Below are positions 36,634 through 47,068 of a DNA stretch of 64,000 nucleotides, piece by piece; the first letter of the stretch is position 1; each line of letters opens with the position of its first letter. This DNA is from Terrimicrobiaceae bacterium. Its GTDB lineage: Bacteria > Verrucomicrobiota > Verrucomicrobiia > Chthoniobacterales > Terrimicrobiaceae. The notes under the pieces were generated by a model that saw only the letters and a program-made list of their open reading frames with translations, had not been told where the DNA came from and searched no databases. Made by a program: the position numbers and the translations under genes. The DNA lies in assembly GCA_041752695.1 (NCBI GenBank), contig JBGSVZ010000098.1, positions 1 through 64,000 of the forward strand, read 5' to 3'.

Positions 36634-38919
36634 TCACTTCACGAGGAATCCGAAATTCGCCGGGGCGCTCAGGGTGGCGGCGGTGACGCCGGAACCGAGC
36701 ACGGTCACCAGCACGTCGCCCCCGCGTTTGCCGTGCACGATGCGGGCACCGCCGGGCACATCCTCAAAGCGCAGGCGCGCTGTGAAGGTGGAGAGGTCGG
36801 CGGAACCGAAGGCTTCGCGCAGGAAAACCATCAGATCGATCCGGTCCACGTTCAGTTCGAATCCCTGGATCTCATCGCCGCCGTCCCGACGCGTGCGATA
36901 GACGAAGGTGTCCGGGCCGGTTGCGCCGTTGAGAACATCGGCACCGGGACCACCCTCGAGGAAGTCCGGGCCGGTCGTTCCATTCAGCGTGTCGGCGCCG
37001 CGGGTGCCGAGGATGCATTCCACCGTCCGGCCTACGCTGTCGAAGGCTTTCTCCACCGGATACTCCGCCGCCCGAACCACCCCGCCCAACCCGCCTTCGT
37101 TTTCCGGCGTTTCGATGTAGTCCACCAGGGCCTCCTGATAGTTCCGCGTGTCGGTCAGATTTTTGAAGACGAACCCGTTGGCCGCGAACGGATAACCGTC
37201 CCCCCCGTTGGCCAGGAAATCAATCGTCGCCACGGTGAACCGGCGGTTCGCCCGCACGATTTCGCCGTAATCCACGATAATCACGTCATCGGCCGTGGTC
37301 GCCGGGTCGCCGGTCACGACGACGCGCCGCACGCGGTCGGTCGGTCGGCTGGAATCATAGACCACTTCGAGGCCCGAAAGCTGCGGGAACCGGCCTTGGG
37401 CACTGCCCGAGGGCGTCGAGGCGGCAAACCCATGTTCGAGGATCGCCTTCAACTGGGCAGGGCGCACCGACTCGGCCCGGACAACGAGGTTCAAAAAGGT
37501 CAGGGTATTGAACGTGGCACCGACGGAGATGCTGCCGGGACCGGGAATCGTGGCGCGCACGCCGCCGCCGTTCTGCACGGCCACATCCGTCCCAGCGGCA
37601 AAACGAAGGGCATCGGCGACCAGGTTGCCCAGGTTGGTCTCCGCATTGCGCACGCCGACGGTGAAGGACCGCGGCGTTCCCGTGACCCCGCGCTCCCCGT
37701 TGAGGTTGATCTCGGTCGTCCCGACGAGAATGGCATTGAGGGCGGACAGGTAGTTGAGGACGGGCTGGACCGATTCGTTGAAGATCGTCGAGTCACCGGT
37801 CACCCGGTCGGCGTCCGCCGCCAGGCCGCTGACCCGGACGACCCGGGAGCCGACCACGCCGGTAACGCGGCCGGTCGTATCATTGAGATTTAGAGTGATC
37901 TCCCCGATGTAACGATTGCCGAAGTTGGCCGTGACAACCGGAACGGTCGTGCCGTCGGCATCGGTGCCAAAGGATGGATACGGAATGGACGGCGACGGCA
38001 GGGCCGGGCCAATGCTGGTCGGGATGGTCAGGGAGTTCGCATTCGTCTGCAACTCATGTCCACCGCCGGAAACGACAAGGTCTACGTTGCGGAGACGGGG
38101 AATAAGAGTGTCGCGCTCGCGCTCAAAATTCTGCAGGTGGGTCATGAGGATGACCGCTGTCACCCCCTGGTTGGCGCGGAGATCATCGATCAGTTGCTGC
38201 AACCGATCCGCAAGGGCGACGATGTTGGCCGTCTCGGTGGCCGAGGATTTGAAACCGGCAAAGCCCGACATGAGTGCGAGCGTTTCCGGCGAGGAGATCG
38301 AGGGGAGCAGCGGCGTTGTCGCGCCGATCACGGCGACCTTTTTCCCGCCGGTCGTGGTGAAAACTTTGTGCGAGGCAAGAAGGCCCGAGGACAACCCGCC
38401 GGCGAAGGCGGCGTTCTTGGTGAAGTCGAGGTTGGCCGAGAGATACGGCGTGTCCGCCATGGCGGCGAACCGCGCAGCCAGCGCGACGCCGAAGTCGAAT
38501 TCATGGTTGCCGAAAACAATGGCATCGAAGCCGAGACGGCGCAGGGCACGCGCATCGTAGAAATCCTGCCCGCCGTCCGCGGCCGCGGTGGCGAGGTCGT
38601 CGAGGCTGGCATTGAAGCGCGGACCGGGCAGCAGGGCGTCCCCGGCATTGAGGCGGAGGACAAACCTCCCGGCGCCCGAGGCGGCCGTTTCCAACTGGTC
38701 AAGCCGCGAGGCGAGTCGATCCACCCCGCCGTAGAAGGAAAGATTTTGGCTCGCGTTGTCCCGCAGATTCCCCTGGGCGGAGACTAGCCACGATTCCTGA
38801 TCTCCGACATGGAGGATGGTGACTTCCTCGGCCACGAGGGCGAGGGGCAGGAGTCCGGCGGCCGCAACAAAAGCGGACGTCCAGGGGCGGGAACCAAAAG
38901 AAGAGAAGAGGGCAGGCAT
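36634..38919 (-). CDS. 5'-nucleotidase/metallophosphatase with RTX-like Ca-binding repeats and a T1SS-target-like tail
   Basis: LNAGD, FGNHEFD, SGGGHE, ETNLGNLVADA, QNGGGVR, GGPGADVLNG, DTFVY..GGDEIQGF. Confidence 0.88.
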   Translation of the reverse strand: MPALFSSFGSRPWTSAFVAAAGLLPLALVAEEVTILHVGDQESWLVSAQGNLRDNASQNLSFYGGVDRLASRLDQLETAASGAGRFVLRLNAGDALLPGPRFNASLDDLATAAADGGQDFYDARALRRLGFDAIVFGNHEFDFGVALAARFAAMADTPYLSANLDFTKNAAFAGGLSSGLLASHKVFTTTGGKKVAVIGATTPLLPSISSPETLALMSGFAGFKSSATETANIVALADRLQQLIDDLRANQGVTAVILMTHLQNFERERDTLIPRLRNVDLVVSGGGHELQTNANSLTIPTSIGPALPSPSIPYPSFGTDADGTTVPVVTANFGNRYIGEITLNLNDTTGRVTGVVGSRVVRVSGLAADADRVTGDSTIFNESVQPVLNYLSALNAILVGTTEINLNGERGVTGTPRSFTVGVRNAETNLGNLVADALRFAAGTDVAVQNGGGVRATIPGPGSISVGATFNTLTFLNLVVRAESVRPAQLKAILEHGFAASTPSGSAQGRFPQLSGLEVVYDSSRPTDRVRRVVVTGDPATTADDVIIVDYGEIVRANRRFTVATIDFLANGGDGYPFAANGFVFKNLTDTRNYQEALVDYIETPENEGGLGGVVRAAEYPVEKAFDSVGRTVECILGTRGADTLNGTTGPDFLEGGPGADVLNGATGPDTFVYRTRRDGGDEIQGFELNVDRIDLMVFLREAFGSADLSTFTARLRFEDVPGGARIVHGKRGGDVLVTVLGSGVTAATLSAPANFGFLVK

Positions 38920-39052
38920 GGGAAAAGAGGTGGTTGAAGTTCAGATCGGCGGGAACGGAGGAACAGCCACTCTCCGTCACGGAAGCCCAAACATCAGGAT
39001 TCCGGACCGCCGGACGGGAAATTGCGAAAGCCAGGCGCCGGTGACAACAAAC

Positions 39053-39074
39053 GGTTCGTGACAATTTCGTGACC
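39053..39074 (-). promoter_or_regulatory. Putative Pho box upstream of the nucleotidase
   Basis: Minus strand GGTCACGAAAT-TGTCACGAACC, 11-bp tandem; an extra TGTCAC at 39041-39046. Confidence 0.55.
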
Positions 39075-39243
39075 GAGTTTTTGCATCCGCTCGGGCGCGT
39101 AGCCGCGGGGCCCACCGGGCATTCCGCTTGAACTGGCGGCGGGCCGGCTGTTACTTGCGGATTCGCAAATCGCTCCTAAGCCCCCCAGACTTTTCCCTAG
39201 CGACCCAAGGGTTTTTGCTGACCCCTGTGAGAGGGCCTGCCTG

Positions 39244-40491
39244 CTACCTCGGACCGCCGCGAATGTTCGACTGATTGATCAGGATCGAGGTTCCGTTGGC
39301 GGAGGCGGGTTTCTGCAGGCCAAAAACGGTGCCCGCGGGAAATACTGGGTTGGTCGGCACCGCGTCATCCGTGTTGTACCACTGGTTCTTGTAGCGGTAG
39401 TAGATCGCACCGATGCCCCCATGTCCGTCGTCCATAATCAGTTGGTCCTGGCGATCGGAGGTGCTTGTTCCCGTGCTCTGCGTGAAATTTGAGTTGTTGA
39501 ATCCAATTTCACTAATGGGGTAGCTGGAATTTCGCGGCAGCGAGAAATAGTTAATGGCGCTGGCGATACTGGACGAGGTGAAGAAGAAGTTGAACGGGCT
39601 CTTCAGTACGGAACCGGAGAGAAACACATGCAGTGGGTAGTTATTGGTTCCCGTGTTTTGCACATAGACGTAGGCACCCGGAGGGACAACCGTGTCTGCG
39701 GCGGAAACCGAGGGGTTTGTCGTGGAGACCCAGTTGTTCAGGGCGGCGCTGAAATAAAAGGACTCGCCAACATTTTGTGGTTGTTGGGGGCCGTAGGTCA
39801 CGGGCGGGGAAATGACCACGGTGGTCATCACATCGGACGGATTGGTCGTCGGGATGAAGGAGATGGTAGCCTGACTGGCCGGAAAGAGAGAACTGAGAGA
39901 CCAGTAGGGAAGAAGGCTGACGGCCTTGATATCCTTGGATGTGATCGAGAGGCCTTCGGGATCGATGCGAAGAGATTCGGCGGTGTTTCCTTGGACGGTG
40001 AAAAAATAGCCCTTTAAGCGTCCGGCCGTCACCAGCACGAAATAGGTCACCGGCTGGGTGCCGGAAACATAGGTATACTGGTCAGGCTTGAGGGGCACCC
40101 CTCCGGCGTTCTTTGGAGGGTTGCCCGCTAGTGCGAGGTTGTAGTCCGGCAAGGGGCCCACATTTGCCGGGGTGACTTTCGACACCGCAAAGTCCCCACC
40201 CGTGGCGTAGTTGTTGGCGAAGGTGAGTGTTGTGATTTGGCCGTCGACGACCTGTTCGGTCACGGTCTGACTGGCGCTGGTGCCTGCGCCATAAACCACG
40301 TCGGTGGTGACGCCGCCCTGGGTCAGGAGCCCGGCTCCGGTGGAGAGATATTGGGGTGCCACGCAGGTGGTGTTTCCGGGTTCGACGTAAATATATTGGT
40401 TCGCCATCCAGGCATCGGTCACTCCCGATTGCGCAAACGCGGGAAGGCAGCCTAAGGCCAGAAGGGAGGCTAAAGTGAAAGCGATTTTCAT
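39244..40491 (-). CDS. TIGR02597-like secreted protein
   Basis: Signal peptide, TYFVLVTAG..GYFFTV.GNT..L, PYWSLSSLFP. Confidence 0.65.
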   Translation of the reverse strand: MKIAFTLASLLALGCLPAFAQSGVTDAWMANQYIYVEPGNTTCVAPQYLSTGAGLLTQGGVTTDVVYGAGTSASQTVTEQVVDGQITTLTFANNYATGGDFAVSKVTPANVGPLPDYNLALAGNPPKNAGGVPLKPDQYTYVSGTQPVTYFVLVTAGRLKGYFFTVQGNTAESLRIDPEGLSITSKDIKAVSLLPYWSLSSLFPASQATISFIPTTNPSDVMTTVVISPPVTYGPQQPQNVGESFYFSAALNNWVSTTNPSVSAADTVVPPGAYVYVQNTGTNNYPLHVFLSGSVLKSPFNFFFTSSSIASAINYFSLPRNSSYPISEIGFNNSNFTQSTGTSTSDRQDQLIMDDGHGGIGAIYYRYKNQWYNTDDAVPTNPVFPAGTVFGLQKPASANGTSILINQSNIRGGPR

Positions 40492-40512
40492 GAAAAGTTT
40501 GGAACGATCACG

Positions 40513-42564
40513 TCAGATAATTTTGGTGGGCTCGACGACGCGTTCGTTGTCCGGGTTGCGGCGCCACGCCAGCCGGTAGGCGACGTTCAAACCCGTGAGC
40601 GGTTGGGTGAGGATGATGGGGCCATTGTTCCCGGTGATCGGTGAACCGACGGTGGTCCACTTCCTATTGTCGGTGGACATTTGCAGTTCATAGATGGTCG
40701 AGGAACGAGAAAGCCAGGTGATCTGAATCCCGGCTTGGGGACCATAGTCATCCGTCCAGTTAACCTGGCCGATGGTGAAATTCTCCGGAGCTACCGCCGG
40801 CTGGACGGGAAGCGGTTTTAGTTTGGTCTGGACGGCACGTTGGAGCTGCCGGGCCATCGCGGTGCGCGTGGATACCTGCTGGCTGGTGATTGGTGCCGTC
40901 TGGCCCTGTTGGTACGCCCATTCCGAGAGGTTTTTCAACTCGACCGGCTCGCCCGAAATGGGGTCGCAATCTGTTCCCCCGTCAGCGCTGTTCCTCAGGT
41001 CGTAGAACTCCGTCTGGGGATCCACGATGCCCTGTCCGTCGAAATAATACGCGTAGGCATAATCCAACCGGCGAATCGCGCGGATCCGGTTTGGTGGGGG
41101 CACGATGCCGTTGGGTTTACCAGCTGCATTCTGACCGCACCAGATGTCGTCGTAGGTGAAAAGAATGTAGTCCTGAACAGCTGGGGCTGTGCTGGGAGCA
41201 TGAATGAGGGAACTGTAATCCGTTCCCGCGAACTGATACGGCCGCGGATTAACTCCGAGCATGGCGCAAAGGGTGGGCAAGAAGTCGACATGTCCCACTA
41301 ACTGGCTGCATTGCTGTCCGGAGCCCAAAGGGTAGTCTGTCGGATTTGACCAGATGAGCGGCACGCGCAGCGCTTCCTCGTAAATCGAGAAGGATTTCTG
41401 ACGAAGACCTCCGTGCGCCATGCCATATTCCCCGTGATCGGAGGTTCTGATCAACCAGGTGTTGGCGCGCAGGGCGATCCCGGCGGGCGAGGAGTCGAGG
41501 AACTGAAGGATCTTATTGAACTGGTAATCGGTGTAGCTGATGAGATTTCCGTAGAAGTTCAGGTATTGCTTCTTATCCGCCGGTGTCGGCAAGGGGCCTA
41601 GGCCGACGCCCGACACAAGGAACGCCTCTTGAACGCTCGGCTTGAAGTTTGTCACAAGGTTCTCGGTGACGGTGGGTGGCAGCTCGATCGGCGGAACCGT
41701 GTCAGCCGTCCAATCGACGTCGTTTACGCTGACCCCCTGCTTGGCGGCGAGCCATTGGTTGCCTTCCCAACTGGGATTTTCTGACCCAATATATCCGCCG
41801 CCGGAGAGGTTCAGAGGAAAACCGAGCACGTCATGCGGATTCACCAGCGAGATGACCAGACAGAATGGTTTGCCTCCCGGGTTGTCGATCCGATCCTGCA
41901 GAAAGGTCAGCGCATCCTGAATGTAGCGGGCATCGTTATCGGCGTAGCCGCCACCATAGTCGGCCAGGGCGGTGTTGCGCCCGGCATCGGGTGGATCCCA
42001 CTGGGTGAAGCTGTAGCGCTCGATGTCGTCCCAGATGTTGACCCCATTCTGTTGGATGATTCCCTTGCTGAGGTGATACTTGCCGATATAGGCCACTTCG
42101 TACCCGGCTGCCGTGAGGACGGTGCCAACGTTCGGGTAAGTCGGGTTGAGTTGATGTTCTTCCTCAGACTGGACATTGCCCTCGCTCAGCGTATCGACGG
42201 AGAGATGCTGCGCGGGATACAGGCCGGTGAAAAGGGTTGTCCTGGCGGGCGTGCACATGGCGGTGTTCGTATAGGCCCGGTTGAAGGTGACTCCTGTGCC
42301 GGCCAAGGCAGACTGGAAGGGAAGATTTGCCGCCGCCCAACCGGTGGGAAACCATTGAAGAGCCCTCTGCTGATCGGTCAGGAAGATGATGGCATTCCGC
42401 TGGGGGGTGACCGGACCGGCGGCCTGAAGTGGCCAGACATTTACGGAACCTTCGGTGGCCATGATGGCGGCCGCACCACCCACCATTTTGAGAAAATCCC
42501 GCCTGCGGAAATCCCCGATTCTTGTCTGTTCCGGGCCTTCCATCGAAGAATGATTTTCCGCCAT
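40513..42564 (-). CDS. Tat-exported Cys-type sulfatase
   Basis: RRRDFLK, FLTDQQR, CTPARTTLFTG, GKYHL, NPHD, SDHGE. Confidence 0.9.
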   Translation of the reverse strand: MAENHSSMEGPEQTRIGDFRRRDFLKMVGGAAAIMATEGSVNVWPLQAAGPVTPQRNAIIFLTDQQRALQWFPTGWAAANLPFQSALAGTGVTFNRAYTNTAMCTPARTTLFTGLYPAQHLSVDTLSEGNVQSEEEHQLNPTYPNVGTVLTAAGYEVAYIGKYHLSKGIIQQNGVNIWDDIERYSFTQWDPPDAGRNTALADYGGGYADNDARYIQDALTFLQDRIDNPGGKPFCLVISLVNPHDVLGFPLNLSGGGYIGSENPSWEGNQWLAAKQGVSVNDVDWTADTVPPIELPPTVTENLVTNFKPSVQEAFLVSGVGLGPLPTPADKKQYLNFYGNLISYTDYQFNKILQFLDSSPAGIALRANTWLIRTSDHGEYGMAHGGLRQKSFSIYEEALRVPLIWSNPTDYPLGSGQQCSQLVGHVDFLPTLCAMLGVNPRPYQFAGTDYSSLIHAPSTAPAVQDYILFTYDDIWCGQNAAGKPNGIVPPPNRIRAIRRLDYAYAYYFDGQGIVDPQTEFYDLRNSADGGTDCDPISGEPVELKNLSEWAYQQGQTAPITSQQVSTRTAMARQLQRAVQTKLKPLPVQPAVAPENFTIGQVNWTDDYGPQAGIQITWLSRSSTIYELQMSTDNRKWTTVGSPITGNNGPIILTQPLTGLNVAYRLAWRRNPDNERVVEPTKII

Positions 42565-42819
42565 TCCTCATGATCCAGGTATCTCATGGTATTTGCAATC
42601 AGATAAAACCCATGCAACCTAGTGCGTGGAGTCGATGGGAGTTCATGACATTGATGCGGGTAGGCTACGGCCGGATGAAATGGGAGGAAAAATGGGGAGC
42701 AGGGTCCCTTGCTTTTGCAACTTTGGTTTGAAGTTTTTCGTGTCATTATAACTTTAGGGGGCCGGCGACGTTTTTCTTTTTGTGGTCGATGGCTAAGTTA
42801 ATATTTGAGAAACATTGTG

Positions 42820-43869
42820 ATGGTTGAGGCTTTTGGCTTTCTAACAGCTTGTTGGTTGCTGGCCTTAGCGATAATGTCGCTAGTGCGGGCAACTTCCATG
42901 TCCCGGTTCTTTGCTTCCTTAGTGGCGATCGAACTAGGACATTGGCTGGCGCTGCCTGCTTTGGCGCTGGCGTTTCTGGCAGGCGTTTCCACTCCGTGGG
43001 GTGTTGCGACCGGGGTATTGAGCGTGATGGCGGCGATTTTGTTTTTCCTGCCGTCCCTCCGCGCTGCGAGGTTCGCTGCCCGAGAAGGGCTAAAATCTCC
43101 GAGGCTGAAAGGGGTCGTGCAGCAGAGACGTCTGTTGCTGAACGATGGCTTGGTTGCCGATACATATTGGGTCCCCGATGGCCGGCGGAAACCGCTGATC
43201 TACGTTGTGCATGGCGGGGGTTGGGAGGGTGGGGGGCCTGGCGAGTGCGCGGGGTTCTTAAAAAAGCTGGCCCGGATGGGCTGTATGGTTGTGAGCGGGA
43301 GTTATCGACTGGCCCCGGCCCACGTCTGGCCCGCGCAGCGCGAGGATGTGGCAGCGGGTCTGTGTCAAGTTCTCGCCCGGGCGGAAGAGCTGGAAATTGA
43401 CGAGGCGAGGACTTTCCTGCTGGGCCGCTCGGCGGGCGGGCAGATCGCCAGTGTGGTGGCGTGCTGGGATGGGGCCCCTGCGGTGAGCGGGTGCATTTGT
43501 CTCTATGCACCCTTTGACATGCTCTATGCCTATGAACACAGTCGGGAGGACGACATGCTGAAGTCTCCCTCGCTTTTGCGGCGATATCTCGGGGGCACGC
43601 CGGGTGAGGCCCGGGAAAATTACCTCTCCGCGTCCGCCTTTCACCTCGCCCGGCCGGGCATCCCGCCATTTCTGCTGATTCACGGAGGCCGCGACGATTT
43701 GGTTTGGGTGAAGCAGAGTCAGCGGTATGCAACGCAGCTCGGGGAGATTGGGGCGGGGTGTCGGTATCTGGAATTGCCCTGGGCGACGCATTCGTTCGAT
43801 CACATCCCGAACGGGCCGGGGTCGAGGGTGACGCTGGCGGCGATTCACGATTTTGTGTTTCCGGGTTAG
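42820..43869 (+). CDS. Membrane-anchored alpha/beta hydrolase (esterase/lipase)
   Basis: HGGGW, GRSAGG, HGGRDD, HSFD. Confidence 0.88.
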   Translation: MVEAFGFLTACWLLALAIMSLVRATSMSRFFASLVAIELGHWLALPALALAFLAGVSTPWGVATGVLSVMAAILFFLPSLRAARFAAREGLKSPRLKGVVQQRRLLLNDGLVADTYWVPDGRRKPLIYVVHGGGWEGGGPGECAGFLKKLARMGCMVVSGSYRLAPAHVWPAQREDVAAGLCQVLARAEELEIDEARTFLLGRSAGGQIASVVACWDGAPAVSGCICLYAPFDMLYAYEHSREDDMLKSPSLLRRYLGGTPGEARENYLSASAFHLARPGIPPFLLIHGGRDDLVWVKQSQRYATQLGEIGAGCRYLELPWATHSFDHIPNGPGSRVTLAAIHDFVFPG

Positions 43870-44000
43870 ACGGGCCGGAAAATGCAATCCCGGCAGGTGA
43901 CGGGGGCCCGGCACCCGCGATGCAAGCGCCTGCCTCCCTCCAACGAAATTCCCTCGACCCGCCCGTCCAGGCGGGTAGGTTACGGAATCGTCTTTTTGCC

Positions 44001-44348
44001 ATGAATCACCGAATTGCCAGGGTGTGTGAAATCATCAAACGCGAATTGGGGCTGATCATTGTGCGCGAGCTTACCTTCTCGGCGCCGTTGGTCACCGTCA
44101 GCGCAGTGGATATCACCCCCGATCTCAAACAAGCCCACGTTTTTGTGAGCGCTCTCGGCACGCCCGGGCAGCGTCGCAAAGCCTTGGAAACGCTCGAGCA
44201 CAGCCGCGTGATGCTGCAAGCCGAGCTTGCCAAACGCATCGTTCTCAAGCACACACCCCACCTCTCTTTCAAATTCGACGAGGCCATCGAACGCGGAACC
44301 CGCGTTCTGGGCATTCTCGAGGAACTTGGACTGGACGAAAAACCATGA
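44001..44348 (+). CDS. rbfA: Ribosome-binding factor A
   Basis: RIARVCEIIKREL..DLKQAHVFVS..KHTPHLSFKFD. Confidence 0.93.
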   Translation: MNHRIARVCEIIKRELGLIIVRELTFSAPLVTVSAVDITPDLKQAHVFVSALGTPGQRRKALETLEHSRVMLQAELAKRIVLKHTPHLSFKFDEAIERGTRVLGILEELGLDEKP

Positions 44349-45322
44349 ACGCCACTTTTGCTGAAATCGAAGCCGCCCTTGATGGCGCGGAAAACATTCT
44401 TGTCGCCAGCCACATGAGGCCCGACGGCGACGCCCTCGGGTCCACCATTGCTCTTGCCTTGTGGCTGAAGGCGAAGGGAAAAAACGTCACCGCGTGGAAC
44501 GAGGAGGGCGTGACCCAAAAATTCCGCTACCTTCCCGCCCACGAGATCGTGACGGAACCCGACGTCACGCCGCGGGCGTTTGACGCCGTGGTGGCGCTGG
44601 ATAATTCGGTGAAAAACCGTCTTGGAACCGTGTGGAAATCGGTGGCTTCCACGAAGTTGCTCGTCAACATGGATCATCACATCAGCAACGAGGGGTATGG
44701 GGATTTGAATTACATCGATCCGACCTCGCCGGCCACCGGGCAAATCCTGTACGAGTTTTTCCGGGATCGTTCCGCAGAAATTACTCCGGAGATTGCGGGG
44801 AATCTTTTTGCCGCGATTTCGACGGACACCGGTTCTTTCCAATATCAGGGCACCAACGCGCGGACATTCGCGGCGGGGTCCGGGCTGATTGCAGCTGGGG
44901 TGGACGTGGCGAAAATCTCGCGGCAGATGTACGAAAGCCAGCCGATGCGGCGGCTCGAACTGTTACGCTATGCGCTCAACAATGCAAAATTTGCCTGCGA
45001 CGGCCACCTGGCCAGTTTTTCCCTGCCGCTTGCCGCGGTGGAGGAAATGGGCGTTCTCCCGGAAGACAACGAAGGCATCATCGACCATCTGCGCTCCGTG
45101 GAGGGTGTGGTGGCGGCGGTGTTTTTTGAAGAACTGCCGGACAACATGGTGAGGGTGAGTTCGAGATCGAAAGACGAACGCGTGGATGTTTGCCGAATTT
45201 GCAAACAGTTCGGTGGTGGTGGCCATCCGCTGGCGGCCGGGGCCCGGATGAAGGGCACGCTGACGGCGGTGGAAGAGTTGTTTTTGGAAGCTGTCTGTCA
45301 TGAGATCCGTAACCGAAACTGA
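44345..45322 (+). CDS. nrnA: DHH phosphoesterase (NrnA)
   Basis: HMRPDGDALGS, DHH, TDTGSF, GGGGHPLAAG. Confidence 0.9.
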   Translation: MNATFAEIEAALDGAENILVASHMRPDGDALGSTIALALWLKAKGKNVTAWNEEGVTQKFRYLPAHEIVTEPDVTPRAFDAVVALDNSVKNRLGTVWKSVASTKLLVNMDHHISNEGYGDLNYIDPTSPATGQILYEFFRDRSAEITPEIAGNLFAAISTDTGSFQYQGTNARTFAAGSGLIAAGVDVAKISRQMYESQPMRRLELLRYALNNAKFACDGHLASFSLPLAAVEEMGVLPEDNEGIIDHLRSVEGVVAAVFFEELPDNMVRVSSRSKDERVDVCRICKQFGGGGHPLAAGARMKGTLTAVEELFLEAVCHEIRNRN

Positions 45323-46022
45323 CGGCGTCCTTCTCGTGGACAAAGCGCAGGGCATGACATCGCATGATGTCGTGGCCATCACGCGCCGGGCGTTAAACAC
45401 CAAGAAGGTGGGCCACTGCGGTACGCTGGACCCTCTGGCGACCGGGCTCCTGATCATCACGGTGGGCCGTGGCACAAAAATCCAGGACCTCATCATGAGT
45501 GAGGACAAGGAGTATGTGGGAACAATGCGGTTGGGCGAGGTCACCGATAGCCAGGACGCCGATGGTGTGGTGACGGAAACACGGCCGTTGCCCGAGCTGA
45601 ACCGCGAGCAGATCGAAGAAGCGTTTGCCAAGCTGAAAGGCGATTTTTACCAGACACCTCCGATGGTGAGTGCGATCAAGAAGGATGGCGTGCCGCTCTA
45701 CAAGTTGGCGAGGCAGGGGAAGGAAGTCGTGCGCGAACCGCGTTTTGTGCGGGTGTATGCTTCCGAAATTCAGGAAATCCGGTTGCCGGAAATTGATTTC
45801 CGCGTGGTTTGCAGCAAGGGGTTCTACGTGAGGACTTACGCGCATGACATCGGCCAGGACCTCGGCTGTGGCGCGCATTTACGCTCGTTGCGGCGGACAA
45901 AGTCCGGGCGATTCTCGGTGGATGGCGCGGTGACGGTGGAAGAACTCAAAACCCAGCCCCGCGAGGAAATTGTCAAACGTGTGCTTAGCCTCCCTGAGGT
46001 TTCCAGGCTTCGTGGAGCGTGA
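45300..46022 (+). CDS. truB: tRNA pseudouridine(55) synthase
   Basis: KVGHCGTLDPLATG, CSKGFYVR. Confidence 0.96.
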   Translation: MRSVTETDGVLLVDKAQGMTSHDVVAITRRALNTKKVGHCGTLDPLATGLLIITVGRGTKIQDLIMSEDKEYVGTMRLGEVTDSQDADGVVTETRPLPELNREQIEEAFAKLKGDFYQTPPMVSAIKKDGVPLYKLARQGKEVVREPRFVRVYASEIQEIRLPEIDFRVVCSKGFYVRTYAHDIGQDLGCGAHLRSLRRTKSGRFSVDGAVTVEELKTQPREEIVKRVLSLPEVSRLRGA

Positions 46023-46077
46023 TGAGGGGAGGGACGCGGGGAAAAGGTGACGCGGCGACGCGGCGAGAGCTGCACCG

Positions 46078-47028
46078 ATGATCGTACGGGACTCGATCTC
46101 TGAGCTTGCTTCCATCCCGGGCGGGCTTTGCGTGGCCATCGGGGTTTTCGATGGGGTGCATCTCGGGCATCAGGAGCTGATCCGGCGCACTCTGCGTGAG
46201 GCGGAGCGGCTTGAAGCCACGGCGGTGGCCCTGACGTTTCACCCGCATCCCGCCTCGGTCTTGCGTCCGGCAGCGGTGCCGTTTTTGTTGACCTCGGCTT
46301 TGCACAAAGAGCAGCTCCTCAAGGCACTGGGATGCCCGGTGCTGGTCCGTCAGACCTTCAATCGGGAGTTTGCCGCTCAGCCGCCGGAAGACTTTATCGC
46401 GGCGCTGGCCAATGCGGCCCGCCCCCTGCGCATGATCTGCGTTGGCCACAACTGGGCGTTCGGGAAAAATCGCTCCGGCAATGTTGCCCTCTTGAACGAC
46501 TTGGGGCGGAAGCTCAATTTTGCAACGATCGAAATCGACCCGGTGATGGCGGATGGGGAACTGGTCAGCAGCACCCGCATTCGGAAGGCGGTGCAGGAGG
46601 GCAATTTTGGCACAGCCCGCCGCCTGCTGGGGCGGGAGTACAGCATTCTCGGGACGGTCCGGTCGGGGCGACAGCTTGGGGGAAGGATTGGTTTTCCGAC
46701 CGCCAACCTGACGGCGCACAGCGAGCAATTTCCCCCGGATGGAGTCTATGCCGTCCGGGCCCTCTTGCGGGGAAATTGGCTGGGCGGTGTGGCTAACATC
46801 GGGACGCGTCCGACGGTCAACGACTCCCCCGAACGTCTCCTGGAGGTTCACCTTTTCGATTTCTCCGGGGATTGTTACGGCGAGAATCTTGAAGTGAAAT
46901 TCGAGGGATTTCTGCGGGGAGAGCAGAGGTTTCCATCTATCGACGCTTTGAAGGCCCAGATCGGCGAAGACGCCATGCAAGCGCGGTGCGTTTTACAGAC
47001 GAAGTCCGACGCTGTTGGTGCCGGGTGA
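46078..47028 (+). CDS. ribF: Riboflavin kinase/FAD synthetase
   Basis: GVFDGVHLGH, SSTRIR, GFPTAN, NIGTRPT. Confidence 0.96.
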   Translation: MIVRDSISELASIPGGLCVAIGVFDGVHLGHQELIRRTLREAERLEATAVALTFHPHPASVLRPAAVPFLLTSALHKEQLLKALGCPVLVRQTFNREFAAQPPEDFIAALANAARPLRMICVGHNWAFGKNRSGNVALLNDLGRKLNFATIEIDPVMADGELVSSTRIRKAVQEGNFGTARRLLGREYSILGTVRSGRQLGGRIGFPTANLTAHSEQFPPDGVYAVRALLRGNWLGGVANIGTRPTVNDSPERLLEVHLFDFSGDCYGENLEVKFEGFLRGEQRFPSIDALKAQIGEDAMQARCVLQTKSDAVGAG

Positions 47029-47068
47029 TCCAAATCCCCTGCAATCCGTCGCGGCGAAGCATCGGCAA

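Noticed and set aside
43870..44348. rbfA without upstream nusA/infB
   Set aside because: An ordinary operon rearrangement; nothing further supports novelty.
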